In this document: positions 45,676-54,824 of the stretch, in pieces
Layout of the letters: each line of letters begins with the position of its first letter
Position numbering within the stretch: position 1 is the stretch's first letter
Origin: an uncultured virus (IMG/VR IMGVR_UViG_3300030116_004105)
Taxonomy: Duplodnaviria; Heunggongvirae; Uroviricota; Caudoviricetes
Direction: 5' to 3' (one strand)
Virus record (IMG/VR): IMGVR_UViG_3300030116_004105
Span: 1 to 64,000 of that record
DNA length: 64,000 nt
The notes under the pieces: model-generated
The model's input: only the letters and a program-made list of their open reading frames with translations
Told to the model about the DNA's origin: nothing
Database searches by the model: none
Made by a program: the position numbers and the translations under genes

Positions 45676-46308
45676 ATGGGAAAATTAGCAAAAGGAGCTA
45701 CGACTCCACAGTCAATTAGTGAGCTATCTGCAAAGGTAGGACAAACTGTTGTAAATGATGCGGAGGCGTCAGCTCAAAGAAAACAGTATCCAAAGTCTAA
45801 GCTTGGTGTTCAAGAAGAGTTATCTGAATTCTTCAGAGTAATGAAGATAGTGCAGTCTGCAAAGAATCCAGACTACATTATACTAACCGTAGCTGAGGCA
45901 GATAGGCTTAAGTATGACAAGCTTGGTGTCAACACTCCAGTTAAAACGGATCGGTTGAGAAACCACTGGTTTGGTACTACTTACCTTGGTGATGGTATGA
46001 CAGTTAAAGACGTTGATCCTTCAACTATGGTGTCTTTGTATGACCTTGTTCACGGTAAGTATGACAAAGATGGTAATGAAATCATTCCATCTTACCTAAG
46101 TCAAGATCATGATAATGTTGTGGATATACCACAAGATTACTATCTGTACAATGCTCAGGTTAAACGTTCTACTACAACTGAACAACCGACTGAGAAACAC
46201 AAGTTGGTAGACATTGTTGATGACAACGGTAAAGTTGTTGAAGCAAATGTGTACAGAGTTACAGAACTTGTAGGCTTGGATGGCACTCCAATAGAATCAG
46301 TGGAGTAA
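45676..46308 (+). CDS. Hypothetical protein, first gene of the rightward arm
   Basis: 210 aa with an AT-rich leader and its own terminator. Confidence 0.7.
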   Translation: MGKLAKGATTPQSISELSAKVGQTVVNDAEASAQRKQYPKSKLGVQEELSEFFRVMKIVQSAKNPDYIILTVAEADRLKYDKLGVNTPVKTDRLRNHWFGTTYLGDGMTVKDVDPSTMVSLYDLVHGKYDKDGNEIIPSYLSQDHDNVVDIPQDYYLYNAQVKRSTTTEQPTEKHKLVDIVDDNGKVVEANVYRVTELVGLDGTPIESVE

Positions 46309-46319
46309 GCTAGCTAATT

Positions 46320-46349
46320 AAGGGATGTACTATGTACATCTCTTTTTTT
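46320..46349 (+). terminator. Intrinsic terminator
   Basis: AAGGGATGTAC-TAT-GTACATCTCTT followed by a T run. Confidence 0.8.
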
Positions 46350-47024
46350 AATCTCGCCTTTGACTCCTACTAATCTTTGGAGTGGACGGTGCTTGACAGC
46401 ATATGCTCGCCTTAAACTCCTACTAAAGTATGGTAAGCGTACAAATAGTGACACTCTACGTGACATTGTGGTTACCAACTATCAAACCCAGTAAATCATA
46501 ACAAATCAAATTGTAATCAAACTTATCTGATTATAATATATAGCTAAATTACAATAAGTACAACTTAATGAAAGCCGTGCAATGATGCTCTGTTAAAGAA
46601 CTATATCGGTGAATGTTGTACTTATTTTTCAATAACATTACAGCAAGCTATTTAGCTCTTAAGTACAAGGAAGACAAATATAATGCAAAACTTAACATCT
46701 AGAGATGATTCCATAACTAATTGGGTGCGCACTAGGTTTTGTTGGTTTGTGGATACTGTAATGTTTTACAATACAAAATGGGTTGTCCATATCTACACTA
46801 TGGTGGTGTAGGTATTTGAGATTATTAAACATGTGGTGAGTTAACCAGCTCATGATACATGTTTTATAATTGCCTGCAGATAAAATCCCCATTGATACAC
46901 TCATTAACTAATGACAATGAATAAAAAGGCCCAAATGGATGGGACAGTTAGTGGTGTAGGCAAAAAAGTTTACTTGTGTCGTAAAGAGTCATGACTTTAC
47001 AATCAAGTAAACTGGGATAGTTAT

Positions 47025-47091
47025 AAAGCATATGGTACAAGCACACTTATGTAATGGTGCTTGGCAGGTTCGATTCCTGCATGCTTTACTA
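47025..47091 (+). ncRNA. tRNA-like RNA lacking a D stem
   Basis: 7-bp acceptor AAAGCAT/ATGCTTT plus ACTA end, canonical T arm GCAGG-TTCGATT-CCTGC, and a 7-bp stem CAAGCAC/GTGCTTG with a 12-nt loop. Confidence 0.55.
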
Positions 47092-47142
47092 TGCATAATG
47101 CATAACTCTGAAATCAATTTATTAATTTAAAACAACAGTAAA

Positions 47143-47664
47143 ATGTTAGAAAACAAAACAACAACAGAAGTAAGAGTAGACCAAATTCTTTCAACAGACA
47201 ATGCAGATGTATTTACATTGGTTTTGAGACAAGAAATTAAGAAACCTGAAACATCAGGCGACTTAGGATTCTTTATGCCAGGTATTATAGGCTCAAATCT
47301 TGAGAAGCGTGTTGCATTCCGTAATGTTGATGCTACATTCATTGAGATGTACAATATTTACGAGTCTGAAAATGACAACATCTGTTTCTTTGCAGACCAA
47401 ATTGCTACTGTTACAGATAAGGCAGTAAACTGTAAGATAGTCATCCAAGAAACGCATAACCAAAGAACTTGGGATGGTGGTGAGCAAAAGCCTAAAATAA
47501 ATCCTAAGACAGGTGATGTGTTGACAAAAGACGGTAAACTAATTTATCGTAATACTTGGGTTACATTTGACATGAGTGAAGAAGATACTTATATCGCTCA
47601 CGACAAGGCAACAGTTTCGGCTCCAGCAGCTCAACCTGTAGCAACTGAGGATATACCATTTTAA
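47143..47664 (+). CDS. Putative single-stranded DNA-binding protein
   Basis: 173 aa beta-rich body, Ala/Pro linker and an SSB-type acidic tip EDIPF. Confidence 0.5.
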   Translation: MLENKTTTEVRVDQILSTDNADVFTLVLRQEIKKPETSGDLGFFMPGIIGSNLEKRVAFRNVDATFIEMYNIYESENDNICFFADQIATVTDKAVNCKIVIQETHNQRTWDGGEQKPKINPKTGDVLTKDGKLIYRNTWVTFDMSEEDTYIAHDKATVSAPAAQPVATEDIPF

Positions 47665-47684
47665 TCCTCCCCTTAATTAGCTAT

Positions 47685-47716
47685 GAATAGGCAGTATATC
47701 ACTGCCTATTCTTTTT
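47685..47716 (+). terminator. Intrinsic terminator
   Basis: GAATAGGCAGT-ATATC-ACTGCCTATTC-TTTTT. Confidence 0.85.
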
Positions 47717-47724
47717 ATTAACTT

Positions 47725-47985
47725 ATGATTCTTAGTAAAATGACAACTTTAAACTTAATTTTAGTTCTTGTAGCTGTTGGTTTATCAGCTTATAATACTC
47801 TATCAATGTTAGCAATGAATGATAGAATAAACAGTAATGAATATGGCATCAAAGAGTGTGCTTCACGCACAACAAGAAATGCCACTGGTATTAATACTAT
47901 AGAGGTTGCAGTGCGACACATAGAAAATGCTGTAAGAAAGAAGAAAGCAGGCAGACCAAAGAAGAAAACAGATGGAAAGCAATAA
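47725..47985 (+). CDS. Small membrane-anchored protein with a C-terminal AT-hook-like KKAGRPKKK
   Basis: N-terminal hydrophobic helix and a GRP motif. Confidence 0.55.
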   Translation: MILSKMTTLNLILVLVAVGLSAYNTLSMLAMNDRINSNEYGIKECASRTTRNATGINTIEVAVRHIENAVRKKKAGRPKKKTDGKQ

Positions 47986-48265
47986 AGAGTTTATAACTCG
48001 TATGGTATTACTTATCAATGAGTTACCAGAAGATAAGAAGCGTGATTATTTCACGCTTCTTTCTTTTCTTGGCTTTCAACTAAGTATGAGAGATAACTTG
48101 TTTATTACAGAATTATTTGATAAACTTGATCTCCATTTACTAAATAAAATCGATTGGTATGGTAGAGCAAAACTCAAACAAGAAATTAGACAAGCGCTTA
48201 GAGATTTCTGTAAAGCAAGTCAAAATTCTTTCACGTTTCATGACAATCACAAAGAAATTGTCTAA
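47972..48265 (+). CDS. Hypothetical protein
   Basis: 97-aa ORF overlapping the upstream gene. Confidence 0.55.
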   Translation: MESNKEFITRMVLLINELPEDKKRDYFTLLSFLGFQLSMRDNLFITELFDKLDLHLLNKIDWYGRAKLKQEIRQALRDFCKASQNSFTFHDNHKEIV

Positions 48266-48324
48266 TAAATACTGGACAGTAAGACAGATAGATAAGATAT
48301 TAAGAATACTAAATCAAGATCTCA

Positions 48325-50202
48325 ATGATAAAATTCGTAGGAAATCCTAGACTACTACCTTGCTGTAAAGATGCAACTATATATGATGTAGTAGACTATT
48401 GTAAAACTAAAGAAGTTCTTGCAATAGATACTGAGACAACAGGTTTAAATCATGTGGAGGATAAAATGATTATGCTTCAGATTGGTGATAACTACACTCA
48501 ATTTATTATTGATGTTAGATGCATAGATATATCTCCTCTTAAAAGTATTCTTGAAGATAAAAGCATAGTTAAAATACTACACAATGTTAAGTTTGACTAT
48601 AAGTTTATTCTTAATTATAACATAAGACTTAATAATGTGTGGGATACTATGCTAATGTCACAGGTTATACATTGTGGTAAGGATTTATCTCATAGTCTAG
48701 ATAGTGTACTTAGTAGAACACTACAAATAGATATGGATAAGACTACAAGATCTAGTTTTATAAACAGAGGTAGCGATGAATTTACTGAGTCTGAGATAAT
48801 GTACGGTGCTAAAGATATTGAATATCTTATACAATTGTATGACAATCAACAAGATACATGTTTTAGACTAGATCTTACAAAGACAGCAGAACTTGAGAAC
48901 AAAGCTTCGCTAGCTTATGCAGACATCGAGTACAATGGTATTGGTTTGGATAAAGATAACTGGCTTAAGCTTGCAAAGAAAGCAGCTTACAAGGTTAAAA
49001 GTATGTGTGATGTACTTGATACATACATAGAATCTAATCCAAAACTTAATAAGTTTGTAGATGACTATATACAAGGTGATTTATTTATGGATGTCTCACA
49101 GTTAAGAAAAGTGAATGTAAAATGGTCATCACCAAAACAAGTGTTGGATGTATTTAATACATATGGATTGAAGATAAAAGATGTAAATGCTAAAAATTTA
49201 CACGTGCATAGTAAGAATGATTTTGTCAAAACATATATTAAGTACAAAGAACAAGCCAAACTGGCTACTAGTTATGGTGATAAGTTCCTTGAGAATGTAG
49301 ATAGTGACGGTAGAATCCGTACAAACTTCAAGCAAATACTAAATACAGGTAGGGTTGCATCAGGTAAACCTAATATGCAACAGATACCTGCACACAATGA
49401 CTATCGTAACTGCTTTGTAAGTGGTTATGATGATTGGGTATTTGTATCAGGCGACTACAGCTCACAGGAGCTATGTATTATAGCCACAGGGAGTAAAGAT
49501 CCCGTGTGGATTAAGGCGTTGGAAGATGGAGAAGATCTTCATAGCGTGTGTGCAGATTTAGTTTATGGTAGAGAGTGGTATGAAGCTGCTGAAGAGGACT
49601 GTGCTTATTTTGTAGGCGATGCCAAACAAAAATGCAATTGTCCTAAACATAAAAAGCTGCGCACAAATGTAAAGAGTATAAACTTTGGTTTAGCCTATGG
49701 TATGGGCCCACACAAACTAGCTGATACATTGCTTATTAGTATGAATCAAGCAGAGAAATTGATACAGAAATACTTTACAGCATTTCCTGCAATCAAAAAT
49801 TTTCTAGACTCTCTTGGTAATTATGGTAAGCAACATGGACATATTAAAACATATGCACCATATCGTCGTATCAGATGGTTTGATAAATGGGACGGTGATG
49901 ATACAGATGAGATTGTAATGGGTAAGATAGAGCGTGCTAGCAAAAACACACCTATACAAGGTAGTGGTGCCGACATGTGTAAGTCTGCACTTGTTATGGT
50001 TCGTGATCATATACATTACAACAACTTACCTGTTAAACTAGTGATGACAGTCCATGATCAGATTGATACTATTGTACACAAAAGCTACGCAGACACGTGG
50101 AAGTACACATTGCAAGACATCATGGAGACATCAACTCTAGATATTATACCATCAGGACTATTAAAAGCAGAAACAGAAATATCAACAGTATGGAAGAAGT
50201 AA
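48325..50202 (+). CDS. polA: DNA polymerase family A with a 3'-5' exonuclease domain
   Basis: ExoI DTETTG, ExoII HNVKFD, TGR...PNMQQIP, motif A DYSSQEL, motif B RTNVKSINFGLAYG, motif C VHDQ. Confidence 0.95.
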   Translation: MIKFVGNPRLLPCCKDATIYDVVDYCKTKEVLAIDTETTGLNHVEDKMIMLQIGDNYTQFIIDVRCIDISPLKSILEDKSIVKILHNVKFDYKFILNYNIRLNNVWDTMLMSQVIHCGKDLSHSLDSVLSRTLQIDMDKTTRSSFINRGSDEFTESEIMYGAKDIEYLIQLYDNQQDTCFRLDLTKTAELENKASLAYADIEYNGIGLDKDNWLKLAKKAAYKVKSMCDVLDTYIESNPKLNKFVDDYIQGDLFMDVSQLRKVNVKWSSPKQVLDVFNTYGLKIKDVNAKNLHVHSKNDFVKTYIKYKEQAKLATSYGDKFLENVDSDGRIRTNFKQILNTGRVASGKPNMQQIPAHNDYRNCFVSGYDDWVFVSGDYSSQELCIIATGSKDPVWIKALEDGEDLHSVCADLVYGREWYEAAEEDCAYFVGDAKQKCNCPKHKKLRTNVKSINFGLAYGMGPHKLADTLLISMNQAEKLIQKYFTAFPAIKNFLDSLGNYGKQHGHIKTYAPYRRIRWFDKWDGDDTDEIVMGKIERASKNTPIQGSGADMCKSALVMVRDHIHYNNLPVKLVMTVHDQIDTIVHKSYADTWKYTLQDIMETSTLDIIPSGLLKAETEISTVWKK

Positions 50203-51368
50203 GTAACAGGACCGAAAGACAGCTAGAAATTGTTCAGAAGTTTGCGGACAATAAAGGTAGAGGTACACTGCTAGCTGCTACAGGTTTCGGTAAAACATTT
50301 ACAGCTATAATGGTTATACTTAGGATGCTTAAATCTAGGCCTAAGTGTAAGATTATAGTTGTAGTGCCTACAATTAATCTTAAGAATCAATGGGCTAAAG
50401 AGCTCAAGAGATACAAGGCCCACAAGAATTGTGAAGTTCTTGTTATCAATACTGCATACAAGACAGAAGCTACGTGCGATCTTCTTATATGCGATGAGAT
50501 ACATGCTTACGGTGCAGAGCAGTTCATTAAAGTATTTGATAAGATCAAGTATGAATATATTTTTGGTCTTACAGCTACTATTGAGCGCTCAGATGGTATG
50601 CATGAAATACTACTTGAGTATGCACCTGTGATTGATGAAGTGCCTATCGATGAGTGTCACGCAAATGGCTGGGTTAGTGATTACCTTGTGTACAATCTAT
50701 CCGTGCCTATGTATGATGACGAGCAAGAAGCATATGATAAAGCCAATAAGAAGTTTAGATATGCTGCAGGTAGGCTAGGCTTTGGTGGCTCTAGTTCTTT
50801 CAACAATGCTAAGTCATTGCTGAGAGATAAGAGTGCTGCACCAGAGCAGAGACAAGTTGCTGCTATCTATTACAACTCTATGCGTGAGCGTGGTGATATA
50901 TGCAAGAACTCTCAAGCTAAGATACCTGTTATCAAACAGTTGCTTGAGAAGTTTGAAGATCGTAAGGCTCTACTATTCAGTGCATCTACTAAGTTTGCTG
51001 ATGATGTGCAAGAAGAGCTTGGTGATGTGTGTCTTAGTTTTCACAGTAAGCGTACCAAGAAAGAGCAGACAGAGATACTCAAGAAGTTCAAAGACGGTCG
51101 TACAAAGCAGCGTGTAATCAGCAGTGTCAAAGCTCTGAATGCAGGCTTCGATGTACCTGATTGTTCTCTTGGTATTGTGGCTGCAGGTAATTCTAAGAAA
51201 CTAGATAACATACAGCGTACAGGCCGTATTATTCGGTATGTACCAGGTAAGACAGCAATTATTATTAATCTCTATGCACCTAACACGCAGGAAGTATCTT
51301 GGCTTAACAAACGTCAAGAAGGGCAGACTGTAACATGGGTGGATAGTATAGATGAGATTACAGTGTAA
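50190..51368 (+). CDS. Superfamily 2 DExH helicase
   Basis: AATGFGKT, DEIH, TAT and QRTGRIIR motifs; probable ATG at 50190 overlapping the polA end. Confidence 0.9.
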   Translation: MEEVSNRTERQLEIVQKFADNKGRGTLLAATGFGKTFTAIMVILRMLKSRPKCKIIVVVPTINLKNQWAKELKRYKAHKNCEVLVINTAYKTEATCDLLICDEIHAYGAEQFIKVFDKIKYEYIFGLTATIERSDGMHEILLEYAPVIDEVPIDECHANGWVSDYLVYNLSVPMYDDEQEAYDKANKKFRYAAGRLGFGGSSSFNNAKSLLRDKSAAPEQRQVAAIYYNSMRERGDICKNSQAKIPVIKQLLEKFEDRKALLFSASTKFADDVQEELGDVCLSFHSKRTKKEQTEILKKFKDGRTKQRVISSVKALNAGFDVPDCSLGIVAAGNSKKLDNIQRTGRIIRYVPGKTAIIINLYAPNTQEVSWLNKRQEGQTVTWVDSIDEITV

Positions 51369-51571
51369 ATTAGGCATGAGTGATTAACGGTTAAACTCTA
51401 ATCATCCCAGATACCGAGCGCGAGACTGCGATACCAAACCTGGGAGCCTATTTTCTACGTGAGCAAGCTACGTGAACGCTGCTTCATTTTTAATTAGGGG
51501 GGATAAGATCTTTAATGCGTTCGTCTGCAGTTATGCTTTGAACCCCTAATTATTAATTAAAAATTTATAAT

Positions 51572-51664
51572 ATGTATTTAGAAATATTTTTAGGTGTTAT
51601 ATGCGCTATAGCATTCTATATAACTTGGCAAATTGTTAAACATAATAAAACTTTAAAGAAATAA
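51572..51664 (+). CDS. 30-aa single-TM peptide
   Basis: Reads MYLEIFLGVICAIAFYITWQIVKHNKTLKK*; AT-rich leader and TAATG coupling to the next ORF. Confidence 0.55.
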   Translation: MYLEIFLGVICAIAFYITWQIVKHNKTLKK

Positions 51665-51834
51665 TGACACAGGAAGAATTAGAAATTATTGCTACTTTAC
51701 AAGCACAAATGCAAAGAATGCAAAATCTTATGGGACAGCTTATAGATAAAGTAACATCACTTGAAGCAGCTAATAATGTACAAAATTTTGTAAATGAAGT
51801 AAATTCAAATACTACAACTAATGACACTAAATGA
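51664..51834 (+). CDS. 56-aa coiled-coil peptide
   Basis: Begins MTQEELEIIATLQAQMQRMQNLMGQLIDKVTSLEAA; coupled to its neighbours on both sides. Confidence 0.55.
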   Translation: MTQEELEIIATLQAQMQRMQNLMGQLIDKVTSLEAANNVQNFVNEVNSNTTTNDTK

Positions 51835-52030
51835 AGATCAAATAACGGCACTTGTCCATATTATTTTATATTTGCATGAAGAAGAACGTGCAGATCAAGA
51901 AGAATGTGGGTGTGAAGATCACATGTTTTTCAATGTAGATAAGTTAAAAGATGCCTTACAGGATAACGGTATAGACATGGATAACGAACTTAAGATGTTT
52001 AACGAAGTCACCTACGATGATGAAACATGA
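51821..52030 (+). CDS. Small acidic hypothetical protein
   Basis: 69-aa ORF in an overlapping chain. Confidence 0.55.
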   Translation: MTLNEDQITALVHIILYLHEEERADQEECGCEDHMFFNVDKLKDALQDNGIDMDNELKMFNEVTYDDET

Positions 52031-52275
52031 AAAGAGAATACTTAGATTATAAACCTCTTATAAAACAAGAGAAGAAAGTAAAAGAAAATAAAAGTAATGT
52101 TTGTCCCTTTACAGGATTAAAACACCCTGAAGGAACTAAATTTGTTGAAGAAGACATATTTAAACTTATGTTTGGGTTTGATTACCCTAAATCATACATA
52201 AAAAATCATTACGTAGAAACAATTAGATACCCTAAAAACGACGGAAGCAATGGCAAAAACAGTAGATTTCGCTGA
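52027..52275 (+). CDS. Hypothetical protein
   Basis: 82-aa ORF with an ATGA overlap. Confidence 0.55.
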   Translation: MKREYLDYKPLIKQEKKVKENKSNVCPFTGLKHPEGTKFVEEDIFKLMFGFDYPKSYIKNHYVETIRYPKNDGSNGKNSRFR

Positions 52276-52993
52276 GTTGGGCTTGATAAAAGTCCCTGAG
52301 AAAACAGAGACTTACATACCAGTAAGTCACCAAGAATTATACACAAGAATTAAAGAAGCAGGTACAAAGCATTACAATACCTCACCTTTTGAAGAGAAAC
52401 TAGAAGTAAATCATAGAGGCCAACAAATGTTTGGTAGTATGACATTTCATGATGGCTCTCAGTTATCAGGTAGCGGTATGAATAGGAGTATTGGCTTTCG
52501 TAATTCTTACGACAAGACATTACCTATAGGTGTATGCGGCGGAGCATCAGTAGTTGTATGCTCTAACCTTATGTTTACAGGTGATATTATTAAAATGCGT
52601 AAACACACACAGAATGTAGAAGAAGATTTAGATATTCTTATACAAAAGTTATTTGATGACGTAGATCGTCGTTACTATGATTCTGTTGCAGCTAAAGGTG
52701 TTATGGAAGAAATAGAATTTAGCGATAGAGACACAGCTAATTATTTAGGACAATTATTTGTAAATGAAGGTGTTTTAAATGGTGCACAGTTAAACAAAGC
52801 AACTAAAGAATGGTTTGAATCTCCTGTATTTAAAGAGCGTACAGCATGGTCTGCATATAATGCATGCACTGAAGCACTCAAAGCTGCACACCCTATGAAC
52901 GCTTTGGAAAAATACACTAAATTACATACATTTACCAAAGAGTTTATATTAGATCCTTATGTTGAAATGACTAATGAGGATTTACCGTTTTAA
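52250..52993 (+). CDS. DUF932-family protein
   Basis: TYIPVSH, IGFRNSYDKT...G-SVVVCSNL...KHT and TAWSAYNACTEALK; ends EDLPF. Confidence 0.7.
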   Translation: MAKTVDFAELGLIKVPEKTETYIPVSHQELYTRIKEAGTKHYNTSPFEEKLEVNHRGQQMFGSMTFHDGSQLSGSGMNRSIGFRNSYDKTLPIGVCGGASVVVCSNLMFTGDIIKMRKHTQNVEEDLDILIQKLFDDVDRRYYDSVAAKGVMEEIEFSDRDTANYLGQLFVNEGVLNGAQLNKATKEWFESPVFKERTAWSAYNACTEALKAAHPMNALEKYTKLHTFTKEFILDPYVEMTNEDLPF

Positions 52994-53002
52994 TATTAAT
53001 GT

Positions 53003-53230
53003 ATGAAGAAGAGTCCTTATGCAGGCAAAGAAGTTAATCTTGCAGAAATTAGACATTTATATAATGTCTTAAAATTTTATTATGAGGACTTAAATGATCT
53101 TAGTATGGATGCTATTACAGATATAATACGTATGGAATTTGGTTGCAAAGTGACCAAAAATGATGTATATTTATATCTATTTACTGCACAATATTGGGAC
53201 AATGAAGGTAATTTATTGTGTCATGAATAA
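53003..53230 (+). CDS. Hypothetical protein
   Basis: 75-aa ORF. Confidence 0.5.
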   Translation: MKKSPYAGKEVNLAEIRHLYNVLKFYYEDLNDLSMDAITDIIRMEFGCKVTKNDVYLYLFTAQYWDNEGNLLCHE

Positions 53231-53322
53231 TTGTATTGAGTGCAGTAATGAATTAAGATGTTTATCAGATGATGCGCTGATGAATTTAAATGAAGAGGAA
53301 CTAGATAAATATTTAAACTGCG

Positions 53323-53862
53323 ATGAAAGTGTCTTTAAACTTAACCAAGTTGAAAGGCAACAAACTTACACCCAGCGAGTTCGTTTACATGCTCTTGAAA
53401 AGCGAGAGCAAGAAACAGCTTGACAAGTACCTAGAAATCTTACCTATAGACGAAGAAAAACTACAGAAGCGTGGCTTTATTAAAATAATGCCCGACGACT
53501 CTCTTACGCTCCGTCAAAAGGCACTAGATTTATTTACAGTACGAGGTTGTGAGGATTGTTGGAATCAATTTGTTATTGCCTATCCTATGAAGGATCAAGG
53601 CAGACCTCTACACAATGATATGAAACGTAATAAACTTAAGTACATAGCATTGATAGAAAAAAATCCAGACTTACATGATACTATAATAAAGGCTATTACA
53701 GCTGAACTAGAAGATAGAAAACGTGCAAGCTGGTCTGGTGAGTTCCGCCCAAGATGGAAGATGATGTCATCATATTTAAACCAAGAAGCTTGGACTATGT
53801 ATGATGGTATTGAGCCAGAAGAATCCACTGATGAACAAATGTATGGAGGAGATTTAATATGA
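53323..53862 (+). CDS. Putative replication initiator/helicase loader
   Basis: CWNQFVIAYPMK and MSSYLNQEAW motifs; directly upstream of the DnaB-like helicase. Confidence 0.55.
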   Translation: MKVSLNLTKLKGNKLTPSEFVYMLLKSESKKQLDKYLEILPIDEEKLQKRGFIKIMPDDSLTLRQKALDLFTVRGCEDCWNQFVIAYPMKDQGRPLHNDMKRNKLKYIALIEKNPDLHDTIIKAITAELEDRKRASWSGEFRPRWKMMSSYLNQEAWTMYDGIEPEESTDEQMYGGDLI

Positions 53863-54824
53863 GTGATGATGTAAAAGCATTACCTTGGCGTCACATCTCT
53901 CAATCATCTAATGCTGCACTACGGTATATAGATGGTAGAAGAAAAGGTGATATTAAATCTCTAACTACACCCTGGAAAAAGTTTAATACTATATCCATGG
54001 GAGGTATCGAGTGGCAGACTATCACAACTATTGCTGGTATGTCTGGTAGTGGTAAAACTGCAGTTCTTGGTCAGTTAGAAACCGGGTTAAAAGATTTAAA
54101 CCCTGACGAAGATTTTGCAATACTGTCATTTAACTTTGAGATGTTATCCTCAAGGCTTGTAGCCCGCAAGCTTAGTAATAAGATGAAAATTACTACACAG
54201 CAGTTGTATAGTGCGTCTGAGACATTTAGTCTTAATGACAATTACTATATGAATGCAGTAAAGGAAGCTCGTAAGTTGAATGAATATGATATATACTATG
54301 TCGATGTGCCTGGTAGTGTCAAATCTTTAGAAGCTACAGTACTAAAGTTTTCTAAAGAGATGGCTAAACCGGTGGTTGTCATGTTAGATCATACTTTACT
54401 TGTAAAGAAGGCAGGTGGTGCGCAAGATAGAGATCTTCTCTATGATTTGATGGCTATGTTTAATGGTTTGAAGAAACAAATTAAGGTATCTTTTATCTTA
54501 ATATCTCAGATGAACCGTAACATAGAAGCATCAGAACGCATACAGAACCCTGATTTACATTACCCTAAAAAGCAGGATATATTTGGTGCAGATGCATGTT
54601 ATATGTACTCAGATATTGTAGTGGTTACACACAGACCCGAGATGCTTGGAATTAGGGCGTACGGCCCAAAGAGGTGGCCCACAGATAATGCTATATTCTG
54701 GCACTATCTAAAGGTGCGTGAGGGTGAGCCTTGCATAGCCTTGATGGAAAACAATCTGGCTCATAATCAGATTGTAGATGCAAAACCTATTTATTCAACT
54801 AAAAACAAAAAAGAAAATGAGTGA
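53859..54824 (+). CDS. dnaB: Replicative DnaB-like (SF4) helicase
   Basis: AGMSGSGKT, FNFEM, MLDH, ISQMNR and KVREG motifs. Confidence 0.85.
   Translation: MSDDVKALPWRHISQSSNAALRYIDGRRKGDIKSLTTPWKKFNTISMGGIEWQTITTIAGMSGSGKTAVLGQLETGLKDLNPDEDFAILSFNFEMLSSRLVARKLSNKMKITTQQLYSASETFSLNDNYYMNAVKEARKLNEYDIYYVDVPGSVKSLEATVLKFSKEMAKPVVVMLDHTLLVKKAGGAQDRDLLYDLMAMFNGLKKQIKVSFILISQMNRNIEASERIQNPDLHYPKKQDIFGADACYMYSDIVVVTHRPEMLGIRAYGPKRWPTDNAIFWHYLKVREGEPCIALMENNLAHNQIVDAKPIYSTKNKKENE

Noticed and set aside
46353..46426. CRISPR array
   Set aside because: Only two short, imperfect, non-palindromic repeats and no cas genes; kept only as a direct-repeat finding.
46553..46629. Twister or hammerhead ribozyme call
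   Set aside because: It lacks the twister P4 loop and pseudoknot partners, and lacks the hammerhead CUGANGA/GAAA core.
47025..47091. Canonical tRNA gene
   Set aside because: No D stem and no 7-nt anticodon loop, so no anticodon can be assigned.
40780..50202. Introns or inteins in terL or polA
   Set aside because: Both ORFs are continuous, of normal length and lack intein or homing-endonuclease motifs.
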